DNA of 64,000 bases from an uncultured Actinomycetes bacterium (GTDB lineage Bacteria > Actinomycetota > Thermoleophilia > UBA2241): positions 224,001 to 288,000 of the forward strand of contig CAVPVX010000001.1 of the NCBI GenBank assembly GCA_963709345.1, read 5' to 3'. Position numbers and translations under genes: made by a program. Within the stretch, counting starts at the first letter, position 1. Each line of letters begins with the position of its first letter. Under the pieces are notes generated by a model, which was not told the origin of the DNA, made no database searches, and worked only from the letters and a program-made list of their open reading frames with translations. Shown here piece by piece: positions 38,682-48,174 of the stretch.

Positions 38682-39752
38682 ATGCCGATGAAGGGCCTCA
38701 TCCTGAGCGGCGGCGCCGGTACGCGTCTGCGCCCGATCACCCACACGGCCGCCAAGCAGCTCGTCCCGGTCGCCAACAAGCCGGTGCTCTTCTACGGGCT
38801 CGAGGCGATGAAGGCCGCCGGCATCGACGCCGTCGGCATCGTGGTCGGCGACACCCGCGACGAGATCGAGGCCGCGGTCGGCGACGGCAGCCGCTTCGGC
38901 CTCGACGTCACCTACATCCCTCAGGAAGCTCCGCTGGGTCTCGCCCACGCCGTTCGCATCAGCGAGGACTTCCTCGGCGACGAACCCTTCGTCATGTACC
39001 TCGGCGACAACCTGCTGAAGGAGGGCATCACGCCCTTCGTCCGCGGCTTCGAGGAGAGCCGGCCGGACGCGCTCATCCTGCTGCAGAAGGTGACCGACCC
39101 CCAGAGCTACGGCATCGCCGAGCTGGACGGCGACGGCAATGTGGCGCGGCTCATCGAGAAGCCCGCCGAGCCGCGCAGCGACCTCGCCCTCGTAGGCGTG
39201 TATCTGTTCACGCCGGCGATCTTCGACAGCGTCAAGGCGATCGCCCCCAGCGCCCGCGGCGAGCTGGAGATCACCGACGCCATCCAGCACCTCGTCGACC
39301 GCGGCCTGCGCGTGGAGCCGCACGTGGTGACCGGCTGGTGGAAGGACACCGGCAAGCTCGAAGACATGCTCGAGGCCAACCGCCTCGTGCTCAGCACGAT
39401 CGCGCGGGACGTTCGCGGCGACCTCGTCGAGTGCACCATCGAGGGCGCCGTACAGATCGGCGAGGGCAGCAGGCTCGAGCGCTGCACCGTGCGCGGGCCG
39501 GCCGTCATCGGCTCCGGCTGCCGGCTCACCGACGCCTTCGTCGGCCCGTACACCTCGATCAGCGACGGCGTCGCCGTGGAGAACGCCGAGCTCGAGCACT
39601 CGATCGTCCTCGAGAACAGCCGCATCTCGCATCTCGGCACGCGCATGACCGACAGCCTGATCGGCCGCGACTGCGTCATCGCCCACAGCGAGGCGCGGCC
39701 GGTGGCCTACCGCTTCCTGGTAGGCGACTCGTGCCGGATAGGGATCCTGTAG
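38682..39752 (+). CDS. rmlA: Glucose-1-phosphate thymidylyltransferase (long form)
   Basis: 'GGAGTRLRPIT..KQL', 'YLGDN', 'GELEITD', C-terminal beta-helix. Confidence 0.95.
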   Translation: MPMKGLILSGGAGTRLRPITHTAAKQLVPVANKPVLFYGLEAMKAAGIDAVGIVVGDTRDEIEAAVGDGSRFGLDVTYIPQEAPLGLAHAVRISEDFLGDEPFVMYLGDNLLKEGITPFVRGFEESRPDALILLQKVTDPQSYGIAELDGDGNVARLIEKPAEPRSDLALVGVYLFTPAIFDSVKAIAPSARGELEITDAIQHLVDRGLRVEPHVVTGWWKDTGKLEDMLEANRLVLSTIARDVRGDLVECTIEGAVQIGEGSRLERCTVRGPAVIGSGCRLTDAFVGPYTSISDGVAVENAELEHSIVLENSRISHLGTRMTDSLIGRDCVIAHSEARPVAYRFLVGDSCRIGIL

Positions 39753-39812
39753 CGAAGCGCCGATGATCGACGCAGTGAGCGGCCGGACACCGGCCGGGAC
39801 AGGAGGTATCGC

Positions 39813-40301
39813 ATGATCGACGGCGTCATGACCAAGCAGCTCAAGGTCGTGCCGGACGAGCGCGGCCGGCTCATGGAGTGCCTGCGCAACGACGACGATC
39901 TCTTCGTCCGCTTCGGGCAATTCTACATGACCACGACCTACCCGGGCGTGGTCAAAGGCTGGCACCTGCACGACGCGCAGTACGACAACGTCGTGTGCGT
40001 GAAGGGCATGATCAAGCTCGTGCTTCACGACGGCCGCGGCGCCTCGGGCGACGCAGCCGCGCCGGGCCATGCGGCGTCACCGACGGCCGGCCAGACCGAT
40101 GAGTTCTTCCTCGGCGAGCACAAGCCGCTGCTGGTCCGCGTGCCGCCGGGCGTGTGGCACGGCTGGAAGTGCGTCAGCGTCGAGGAGGCGTTCATCGTCA
40201 ACGCGCCGACCGAGGTCTACAAGTACGATGCGCCGGACCAACTCGAACTGGCGTCCGACCACCCGGCGATCCCGTACGATTGGGGCGTCAAGCTGCGCTA
40301 G
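39813..40301 (+). CDS. rmlC: dTDP-4-dehydrorhamnose 3,5-epimerase family
   Basis: 'DERG', 'GVVKGWH.H', 'PPGVWHG'. Confidence 0.9.
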   Translation: MIDGVMTKQLKVVPDERGRLMECLRNDDDLFVRFGQFYMTTTYPGVVKGWHLHDAQYDNVVCVKGMIKLVLHDGRGASGDAAAPGHAASPTAGQTDEFFLGEHKPLLVRVPPGVWHGWKCVSVEEAFIVNAPTEVYKYDAPDQLELASDHPAIPYDWGVKLR

Positions 40302-40318
40302 GCGCGGCCGGCGACGAC

Positions 40319-41163
40319 ATGCCGCGCTGGTTCATCACAGGCGCCGGTGGCCAGCTGGCCACCGCCTTCGCCCACATCCTCGAGGGTGAGGTCTTCCTCA
40401 GCCGCGAGGAGAGCCTCGACATCCGCGACGCCGAGGCCGTCCGCGCTGCGGTACGCGGCTTCACCCCCGACGCAGTCCTGCACTGCGCCGCCTACACGGA
40501 CGTGGACGGGGCCGAGACCGACCCCGGTCGCGCCGCCGCCGTCAACGTGCAGGGCACCCGCAACGTCGTCGAGGCGGTGCGCGGCACGCATACGGCCGTC
40601 GTAGCGTTCAGCACCGACTACGTCTTCGACGGGCGCAAGGGCTCGCCCTACGTCGAGAGCGACCGCCCGAATCCGCTCAGCGTGTACGGGCGCACCAAGC
40701 TCGAGATGGAGGAGGAGGTGCTTCGCTGGGTGCACGGCACCGTCTTCCGCACCTCCTGGCTCTTCAGTGAGACCGGGCGCAACTTCGTCAAGACGATCCT
40801 TGCCGCCGCGCGGGACCGCGACGGGACGGGCGCTCCGCTCAGGGTGGTCGACGACCAGGTCGGTTCGCCGACCTACGCCGGTCACCTTGCCGCGGCCGTC
40901 GACGAAGCGCTACTCAGCGGCGTCGGCCCCGGCCTCTACCACCTCGCCGGCAGCGGCTACTGCTCGTGGTGTGAGCTGGCCCGCGAGGTCGTCCAGCTCG
41001 CCGGGCTCGAGGTGGACGTGGAGCCGATCACGACCGCCGAGGCCGGCCGGGCGGCGCGCCGCCCGGCGTTCTCGGCACTCGGCAGCGAACGCCCCGTGCC
41101 GCGCCTGCCGCACTGGGCCGAAGGCGTGGCCGAGGCGGTCGACGGCTCATCGCACTCGAGTAA
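40319..41163 (+). CDS. rmlD: dTDP-4-dehydrorhamnose reductase (stop apparently lost by a 1-nt indel; reads into rmlB)
   Basis: 'GAGGQL', 'STDYVFDG', 'YGRTK', 'DQVGSPT'; shifted frame ends RLIALE-TAA at 41163. Confidence 0.85.
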
Positions 41164-41185
41164 CGGCGATTCAGGAGGACGCAAC

Positions 41186-42187
41186 GTGAGACTCGTGGTC
41201 ACCGGCGGCGCCGGCTTCATCGGCTCGAACTTCGTGCGCTACATGCTGGCGCGGCACGACGACGTCGAGATCCTCAACCTCGACAAGCTGACGTACGCGG
41301 GTAACCCCGAGAACCTCCGCGACGTCGAAGACGACGCCCGTTACGCGTTCGTGAAGGGCGACATCTGCGACGCCACGGTCGTCGGCGAGGCGCTCCGCGG
41401 CGCCGACGCCGTCGTCAACTTCGCCGCCGAGACGCACGTCGACCGCTCCATCAGCGAACCCCAGGATTTCATCCGCACCGATGTCCTCGGCACCCACACA
41501 CTGCTCGAGGCGGTTCGCGAACTCGGTATCTCCCGCTACCTGCAGATCAGCACGGATGAGGTGTACGGCTCCACCGAGACCGGCGCCTTCACCGAAGAGT
41601 CGGATCTCGACCCATCTAGTCCCTACTCGGCCAGCAAGGCCGGCGCCGACCTGCTGGTGCTCGCCTACCACCGCACGTTCGGTGCGCCGACGCTTATCAC
41701 GAGGAGCTCCAACAACTACGGGCCATACCAGTATCCGGAGAAGATCGTCCCGCTGTTCATCACCAACGCCGTAGACGACCAGCCCCTGCCCGTGTACGGC
41801 GACGGCCTCAACGTCCGCGACTGGCTGTACGTCGACGACAACTGCGCCGGGATCGACCTCGTGCTGCGCAAGGGCGCGCCCGGCGAGGTCTACAACATCG
41901 GCGGCGGCAACGAGGTCACGAACCTCGAGCTCACCGGGCGCATCCTCGAGCTGCTCGGCAAGAGTCCGGATCTCATCCGGTACGTCACCGACCGGCCGGG
42001 CCACGACCGCCGTTACGCCATCGACTGCGGCAAGCTGCGCAGCCTGGGCTGGAGTCCCGAGACGCCCTTCGAGGCCGGTCTCGAACGGACCGTTACCTGG
42101 TATCGCAACCACCCCGGATGGTGGCGGGCGCTCAAGTCCGGCGAGTGGCGCGAGTACTACAGCCGCCAGTACTCCGGCCTCGACTGA
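41186..42187 (+). CDS. rmlB: dTDP-glucose 4,6-dehydratase
   Basis: 'TGGAGFIGSNF', 'DKLTYAG', 'STDEVYG', 'YSASK', 'DRPGHDRRY'; own GGAGG RBS. Confidence 0.95.
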   Translation: MRLVVTGGAGFIGSNFVRYMLARHDDVEILNLDKLTYAGNPENLRDVEDDARYAFVKGDICDATVVGEALRGADAVVNFAAETHVDRSISEPQDFIRTDVLGTHTLLEAVRELGISRYLQISTDEVYGSTETGAFTEESDLDPSSPYSASKAGADLLVLAYHRTFGAPTLITRSSNNYGPYQYPEKIVPLFITNAVDDQPLPVYGDGLNVRDWLYVDDNCAGIDLVLRKGAPGEVYNIGGGNEVTNLELTGRILELLGKSPDLIRYVTDRPGHDRRYAIDCGKLRSLGWSPETPFEAGLERTVTWYRNHPGWWRALKSGEWREYYSRQYSGLD

Positions 42188-42244
42188 CGCGGGCGCCGTC
42201 GCGCCGTCACCGGAGGCGACCGGCGACCGTCCGCGGTCGTCACC

Positions 42245-43279
42245 TCACGGCACGTTCCACACGGGGGTTCCGACACGCGCCCGCGAGTACAGCCAGCGGA
42301 TGTTCGTGTTGGAGAGCCGCGTGCAGCCGTGTGAGTAGTTGCGCGGATAGCGATTCAGGAGCCATGGCTCGTTGGTGCCGTGGATCGCGTACAACCCGAG
42401 GTAGCGCATCCGCTTAGGCCCGTACGGGCCGTACATGTTGGGATCCTTGGCGTAGATCTTGAAGTGCCCCTTCGGCGTGGGCAGACCCGGGCGCCCAAGC
42501 ACGCAGTCGAACACCCGGATGACCTGCCCGTACTCGTGGTAGTAGAGCTTGTACTTGCTCAGATCGACGAGGATCAGCCGCGGATAGCGGGTAGGCACGC
42601 CGTACGGGTTGCGACGGTCGTACACGGTGGTCTTCCAGCGGGCGCTGTAGCCGGCGACGTGGTCGGCGTCCGCTGCCATGCGCGCACGCACCACGAGAGC
42701 GCCCAGCTTGTCGACGCGCCACGAGAAGCGGGCGGCCGACGCATCATCGAGGAGCAGGTCCTTCATGACGACCCAGCCGTCGGCGGTCCGGCGCTGGAGC
42801 TGGACGGCGCCACCGGGATGGGCGGGGCGCACGGTGATCGAGAAGACGAGACGCCTGCCCTTGAGGACGGGCTTCCTGGTCGCGACCCGCAGGTTCAGGC
42901 GGGGGCGCACCGACACCGTCGCTTCGGCCGCCGCGGCGGCCCATGTCTCGTCGCCGGCGAAGTCCACCCGGTACGTGAGATCGACGCTCGGTCGCCGCGT
43001 CCACACGACCTTGCCGGCGGCGTCCGCGATGACGGTATCGACGAGCGTGAACCCGCTCTCCGTAGCGAACCGCCGGCTCAGCGTGAGCGTCGCCTTCGGG
43101 ACGGAGACCTGCGCGACGATCCTCGTGGCGCTCCCGTGGGTGACGGTCGCCGGAGTGGCCGTCAGCGTGAGCGCCGGCTCGTCGGCGGCCGCCGCGACCA
43201 TCGGAAGACAGGCCACGCACAGCAGGACGAGCATGATCAGGAAGAGGCCGGCGACGGTCTGATGCGCGCGCGAGTTCAC
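42245..43279 (-). CDS. Secreted L,D-transpeptidase (YkuD) with N-terminal Ig-like domains
   Basis: Signal peptide; 'TPKG.F', 'AIHGT', 'SHGCTRL'. Confidence 0.9.
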   Translation of the reverse strand: MNSRAHQTVAGLFLIMLVLLCVACLPMVAAAADEPALTLTATPATVTHGSATRIVAQVSVPKATLTLSRRFATESGFTLVDTVIADAAGKVVWTRRPSVDLTYRVDFAGDETWAAAAAEATVSVRPRLNLRVATRKPVLKGRRLVFSITVRPAHPGGAVQLQRRTADGWVVMKDLLLDDASAARFSWRVDKLGALVVRARMAADADHVAGYSARWKTTVYDRRNPYGVPTRYPRLILVDLSKYKLYYHEYGQVIRVFDCVLGRPGLPTPKGHFKIYAKDPNMYGPYGPKRMRYLGLYAIHGTNEPWLLNRYPRNYSHGCTRLSNTNIRWLYSRARVGTPVWNVP

Positions 43280-43388
43280 TGGACCCCCAAGGTTCGATTA
43301 CCTCATGAGAATCAGTGTACGGCACCGATCACGCCGAGAGCCAGTGCTCTACCGTGAGTCGGTCGTCTGCGCGGGACGACCGGTCGCT

Positions 43389-44591
43389 CTAGTCCACTGC
43401 GAGTTCGGACTTCTTGAGTAGCCGCCGGCCCCAGGCGAACGCCGACTTGTAGTAGCTCGAGGTGTTGAGCGAGCCGAGGGTCACGCCGTTGCTCGAACCG
43501 GTCGAGTGGATGAACCAGCCGCGTCCCAGATAGAGGCCGACGTGGTAGATCGAGCTGACGCTCGACTTCGGCCCGTTGGGCCCGAAGAAGATCAGATCGC
43601 CGCTCTTGAGCCTCGATCGCGTGATGCGCGGTTTGGCCCGCCTGGCCATCTCGGCGCCGCCGCGCTCGTTGACGGTGATCGGGTAGCCGAAGTGCATCTT
43701 CATCACGTAGAAGGCGAAACCCGAGCAGTCGAAGCCGCCCGACTTCTGGTACCCGTACGGCGAGTTCTTCGTCGGATACTCGCCGGCCCAGACGTAGGGA
43801 TAGCCGACATACTTGAGCGCGAACTTGGCGATCTGCTTCTGGCGGGCGCTCAGTGGCGGCAGGGTGACCGTCGCAAAGTCGGCGAGGCCGTACGGCATCC
43901 ACTCGCCGCCGACCTTGTACGCACGGTAGAACATGTACGCGACCTCAGCCCGGTCGATCGCCTGGTTCGGCGTCACCTCGTGACCGTCGTCGGAGCTCGG
44001 GTGGTTGAAGCGCAGCTGGAGTTGTCTCGACGCCACCACCCAGGGCAGGTACGAGGGCGCGCCGGTCTTCCAGCCGGGGTTGGGCTCCCAGCGGCCGGGC
44101 CGAAGGCTCGTGAGCAGCCGCCAGTCGGAGCGCGAGTAGCGCTCCTTGAGCCAGCACACCATCGCCACCTCGGCTCCGGCCGCAGTCACCGTCTTCGCCG
44201 GCTTGAAGTAACCGTCCTTGTCGACCGACAAGTAGCCGTACTTCACGGCCATCTGGATGACGCTGTAGTAGCGATGTCCGCGCGGGACGTCCTTGATGGC
44301 CACCGGCGTGATCTTCTCCCCGTAGTGGCCGGACGCCAGGACGAGCGAGCGAGCCAGATGCTGCCGGGTGATCGCCCGCTCCGGCTTGAACGCCGTGCCG
44401 AAGTCGTGCAGCAGGTGATAGCCGGAGGCGCTGCGATCGGTCACCGACTTGATATGCGCGTAGGCCCAGTGGGCCTTGGAGACGTCGGTGTACGTCTTCG
44501 CCGGGGCGGCCGGAGCCGGCAGCGCGACGAGCGCAAGCGCGGTCGCCGCGGCGAGGAGGAGCGGGCGCATGGGGATGGGGAGTCGATTCAT
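43389..44591 (-). CDS. SLH-domain NlpC/P60 cell-wall peptidase
   Basis: Signal peptide; three SLH-like repeats (DV...HWA, FKP..ITR, DRAE); 'GYPYVWAG', 'FDCSGF', 'HVGLY', 'H'. Confidence 0.88.
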   Translation of the reverse strand: MNRLPIPMRPLLLAAATALALVALPAPAAPAKTYTDVSKAHWAYAHIKSVTDRSASGYHLLHDFGTAFKPERAITRQHLARSLVLASGHYGEKITPVAIKDVPRGHRYYSVIQMAVKYGYLSVDKDGYFKPAKTVTAAGAEVAMVCWLKERYSRSDWRLLTSLRPGRWEPNPGWKTGAPSYLPWVVASRQLQLRFNHPSSDDGHEVTPNQAIDRAEVAYMFYRAYKVGGEWMPYGLADFATVTLPPLSARQKQIAKFALKYVGYPYVWAGEYPTKNSPYGYQKSGGFDCSGFAFYVMKMHFGYPITVNERGGAEMARRAKPRITRSRLKSGDLIFFGPNGPKSSVSSIYHVGLYLGRGWFIHSTGSSNGVTLGSLNTSSYYKSAFAWGRRLLKKSELAVD

Positions 44592-44600
44592 TTCTCTCTG

Positions 44601-44627
44601 CTATCGGCGTGTCGGCCGGTGGCTTGA
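44601..44627 (-). promoter_or_regulatory. Sigma28-type promoter of the NlpC/P60 gene
   Basis: Minus strand reads TCAA-N15-GCCGATAG, 9 nt before ATG. Confidence 0.6.
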
Positions 44628-44880
44628 GCGCGGCCGGAGCCGCGAGCACGGCCCGCCTCAGGCTTTCGCCGCCGGCCGCGCCATTCCTTACGCGCAGCGT
44701 TGAGGGTACCACGACGCATCCTCCGACGCGTCCCGGGGGGACCGTGGCACAGGAGCGGTGAGAGGACTCAGCAGCCTCAAGGAAAGGAGATGCGGGTCGA
44801 TGCAAGAAGGAGTCACGACTGCGACAACGACGTTTGCCCCGCCGGCACGGGGCACGTATCCTCAGCGAAGGAGGCTGCTG

Positions 44881-46326
44881 ATGCCTCGACCCCCCATGAC
44901 TCCCTCACTCGACACACCGACGCCCGCGACTCCCCGCCACCGGCGGAGCTTCCGCGTGCGGTCGGGCCGTGCCCTCCGAAATCGGCTGGCCCTCACCGTC
45001 CTGGTAGCCACCCTCGCCCTGCTCGCAACGGCAGGCCCCGCGGCCGCCTACTCGAGCCAGTACGCCTTCACCATCACGGGGCACGGCTGGGGGCACGGCA
45101 TCGGTCTCTCGCAGTGGGGGGCGTACGGCTACGCCAAGCACGGCTGGGACTATAAGGCGATCCTCAAGCACTACTACACCGGCATCTCGTTCAAGAGCGT
45201 CGCCAACACGTCGATGCGCGTGCGCCTGCGCAGCGGGATCAGCGCCGTCAAAGTGACCTGTCCCAGCGCCTACACCGCCCAAGGCACAGGCTCCGCCATG
45301 ACGATCCCGGCCGGCGCGACCGCGACCGTGACGTACACGGGCAGCGCCTACCGCGTCGTCGCAGGCTCACTGCGCAAGGACTTCAACGCCGCCGTGACGT
45401 TCAAGGCCACCAAAGGGTCGCTGCGCCTGCTGACGGCCAGCGACCTGGGCAAGACCGGCGCCTACCGCGGGACGATCCGGGTCATGCGCAGCGGCGGCGG
45501 TCTCATGATCGTCAATCACGTCCCGCTTGAGAGCTACCTGCGCGGCGTCGTGCCGCACGAGGTGTCGCCGTCGTGGCCCGCCGAGGCGCTCAAGACGCAG
45601 GCGGCCGCGGCGCGCGCGTACGCCCTCTCGTCGCGGCAGCCCAGCCAGTCCTGGGACGTCTACTGCGACGTACGTGACCAAGCCTACGTCGGCATCGGTA
45701 TCGAGGACTCGCGCACGAACGCTGCCGTCAGAAGCACCGCCGGCGTCGTGCCGAGCTACGGCGGCAAGCCCATCATGGCGTTCTACTTCTCGTGCTCGGG
45801 CGGCCACACCGAGAACATCGAGCTCTCATGGTCCGGCGCTTCCAAGATCGCCTATCTGAAGGGCGTGAAGGACCCCTACGACTACTACGGCTCTCTCCAC
45901 GACTGGGGGCCGATCCGGCGCACGCCTTCCCAGATAGGCAAGGCGCTGGCGGCCAAGGGCTCGCTCCGCGCCGTCTACACGGTCAAGCGAGGCTCGTCGC
46001 CGCGGATCGTCAAGGCCGCCATCGTCGGGAGCGGAGGGACGACATACATCGACGGCGGCACGCTGCGCGTCAAACTCGGCTTGAACAGCTCCTGGGCCGT
46101 CTTCACCAGCATGAGCATCAGCCCGGCGGCGCGCAACGCCGCGACCATCGCGGCCGGCAAGAGCATCACGCTCAAGGGACGCATCTACCCGGCGCTCGCG
46201 CAGGGCGCCAAGGTCTACCTCCGCTCGTACTACGACGGCTCCTGGCACAGCCGGGGCGTCACCACGTCACGCGCATCCGAGAGCCTCGCCGGCGGGTACA
46301 CGGCGCGCTACTCCACGTACGCGTGA
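44881..46326 (+). CDS. SpoIID/LytB-domain lytic transglycosylase-like secreted protein
   Basis: 'GHGWGHGIGLSQWGA', 'YLRGVVP.E', 'EALK.QA.AAR', 'DQ.Y'; true 3' end probably 46410 across two indels; start uncertain (44800/44881). Confidence 0.88.
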   Translation: MPRPPMTPSLDTPTPATPRHRRSFRVRSGRALRNRLALTVLVATLALLATAGPAAAYSSQYAFTITGHGWGHGIGLSQWGAYGYAKHGWDYKAILKHYYTGISFKSVANTSMRVRLRSGISAVKVTCPSAYTAQGTGSAMTIPAGATATVTYTGSAYRVVAGSLRKDFNAAVTFKATKGSLRLLTASDLGKTGAYRGTIRVMRSGGGLMIVNHVPLESYLRGVVPHEVSPSWPAEALKTQAAAARAYALSSRQPSQSWDVYCDVRDQAYVGIGIEDSRTNAAVRSTAGVVPSYGGKPIMAFYFSCSGGHTENIELSWSGASKIAYLKGVKDPYDYYGSLHDWGPIRRTPSQIGKALAAKGSLRAVYTVKRGSSPRIVKAAIVGSGGTTYIDGGTLRVKLGLNSSWAVFTSMSISPAARNAATIAAGKSITLKGRIYPALAQGAKVYLRSYYDGSWHSRGVTTSRASESLAGGYTARYSTYA

Positions 46327-46402
46327 GAGTCACCCCCACGAAGACGACCAAGTACTACTTCGTGAAGGGCAAGGCGAAGTCGCCGGCAGACGACCATCAA
46401 GG

Positions 46403-47290
46403 TCAAGTGACGCAGATCGGCTTCTGCCGGCTCCGCGGCAGGGGCGGTGGCCCGGGCCTGGTGGAGGAAGCCCGGGCCACCTGTTCGCCTTCGCGGTTGG
46501 CGGCGGGGTAGGGACCGGCCGCCGGAAGGCATGCGGTAAGCTCATCGGCGCGGCGGCGCCGCGCCGCTCTCACATCCCGTCGTCGCCAAGCGACGGCGTC
46601 TCCGAAGTGGAACGCCTCTTCCGCCGTCCCCGAAGCCACTGCCGGCTGGTGGCGGTAGATCTCGCCCTCCACCATGTAGAGCACGTCCTCGGCGATGTTC
46701 GTCGCGTGGTCGGCCAGGCGCTCGAGATACCGGGCGACGCTGAACAGCAGCACGATGGCATCGAGGTGGTCGAGGTCCACGCGGATGACACGCTTGAGCT
46801 CCTCGATGAGCTCCAGGTACAGCAGGTCGATCTCGTCGTCGTCGGCCATCACCCGGCGCGCCATCACGGCGTCTTGACGCACCAGCGCATCGAGCGCCTT
46901 CTCGAGGATGGTCCCGGTGCGGTCGGCCATCACGGCGAAGCCGTCGGGAATGCTCACCGGGTGCTCGTCCACGAGCTGCAGACCGCGCTCGGCGATGTTG
47001 GAGGCGAGGTCGCCGATCCGTTCGAGCTCGCTGTTGATCTTGATGACGGCGGCGACGAAGCGCAGGTCGCCCGCCACCGGCTGGTAGAGCGCCAGGATCT
47101 TGAGGCACTCCTCCTCGACGTCGACCTCGTTCTGGTCGATGAGCTCGTCGGTGGCGATCACGCGCCGGGCCTTGGCGGGGTCGCGCTGCTCGATCGCCTG
47201 GAACGCCATGCGCAGGTTGTCCTCTACGAGCGCGCCCAAGGCGAGGATCTTGCGCTTGAGCCGGTCAGTCTCTCTCTGCAGATGCGTCAT
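46403..47290 (-). CDS. phoU: Phosphate signalling protein PhoU
   Basis: 'QPVAGDLR', 'LERIGD.A.NIA', 'LERLADHATNIAE'; probable true stop at 46570 (indel near 46611). Confidence 0.93.
   Translation of the reverse strand: MTHLQRETDRLKRKILALGALVEDNLRMAFQAIEQRDPAKARRVIATDELIDQNEVDVEEECLKILALYQPVAGDLRFVAAVIKINSELERIGDLASNIAERGLQLVDEHPVSIPDGFAVMADRTGTILEKALDALVRQDAVMARRVMADDDEIDLLYLELIEELKRVIRVDLDHLDAIVLLFSVARYLERLADHATNIAEDVLYMVEGEIYRHQPAVASGTAEEAFHFGDAVAWRRRDVRAARRRRADELTACLPAAGPYPAANREGEQVARASSTRPGPPPLPRSRQKPICVT
46446..46481. terminator. Hairpin between convergent spoIID and phoU
   Basis: GGTGGCCCGGGC...GCCCGGGCCACC perfect 12-bp stem. Confidence 0.6.
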
Positions 47291-47304
47291 AGCGGCATCA
47301 CCAC

Positions 47305-48174
47305 TCAGCCGAAGCGGCCAGTGATGTATTCCTCGGTCTGCTTCTGCGCCGGGTTCGAGAAGATCTGCGTCGTCGGGCCGAACTCGACGATGTAGCCTTG
47401 GAAGAAGAAGGCCGTGTAGTCGCTGACGCGCGCGGCCTGCTGCATGTTGTGGGTCACCAGCACGATCGTGTAGCGGCTCTTGAGATCGAGTACGAGCTCC
47501 TCGATCTTGGCGGTCGCCACCGGGTCGATCGCCGAGCACGGCTCGTCCATGAGCAGCACCTCGGGCTCGGCGGCGATGGCTCTGGCTATGCAGAGACGCT
47601 GCTGCTGGCCGCCGCTGAGCGCGTTGCCGGGCTCGCTGAGCTTGTTCTTGACCTCATCCCAGATGGCCGAGCGCTTCAGCGCGTGCTCGACCCTGTCCGA
47701 GAGCTCCGACCGGCTGAGCTTGTAGTGCTGGCGCAGCCCGTAGGCGACGTTGTCGAACACCGTCATCGGGAACGGGCTCGGCTTCTGGAAGATCATGCCG
47801 ACCCGCCGACGGAGGTCGAGCAGGTCGGTCTGCGACGAGAGGACGTTCTCGCCGTCCATCAGGATCTCGCCCTTCGCGCGCTGATCGCGGTACAGGTTGA
47901 AGATGCGGTTGTAGGTGCGGATGTGCGTCGACTTGCCGCAACCCGACGGGCCGATGACGGCCGTCACGCGATTCTGCTTGATCTCGATGTCGTTGGAGAA
48001 GAGCGCCTGCTCCTTGCCGTAGAAGAAGTCGAGTCCGCGCACCGAGATCTGGCTGGGCAGCGAAGCGAAATCCTCGTCGCCACCGCGCCTGTCCTCCGCG
48101 ACCTCGAGTCGCGGGGGCACCACAGTGGCCTCACTGGTCATCTGTGTCGGTTCTTCCACTTTGGTCCCTACCAT
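47305..48174 (-). CDS. pstB: Phosphate ABC transporter ATP-binding protein
   Basis: 'GPSGCGKST', '[13 protein letters not shown]', 'DEPCSAIDP', 'YITGRFG'. Confidence 0.96.
   Translation of the reverse strand: MVGTKVEEPTQMTSEATVVPPRLEVAEDRRGGDEDFASLPSQISVRGLDFFYGKEQALFSNDIEIKQNRVTAVIGPSGCGKSTHIRTYNRIFNLYRDQRAKGEILMDGENVLSSQTDLLDLRRRVGMIFQKPSPFPMTVFDNVAYGLRQHYKLSRSELSDRVEHALKRSAIWDEVKNKLSEPGNALSGGQQQRLCIARAIAAEPEVLLMDEPCSAIDPVATAKIEELVLDLKSRYTIVLVTHNMQQAARVSDYTAFFFQGYIVEFGPTTQIFSNPAQKQTEEYITGRFG

Noticed and set aside
44700-44890. c-di-AMP (ydaO), c-di-GMP-I or glycine riboswitch
   Set aside because: Signature sequences (GCUGAAUC/GGAACC, GCAAAC-GAAA-GCAAAG, CUCUCAGG) are not present in order; kept only as an unclassified structure
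46403-46570. Genuine Arg-rich C-terminal extension of PhoU
   Set aside because: It runs through a terminator hairpin, and a single indel restores a normal stop at 46570
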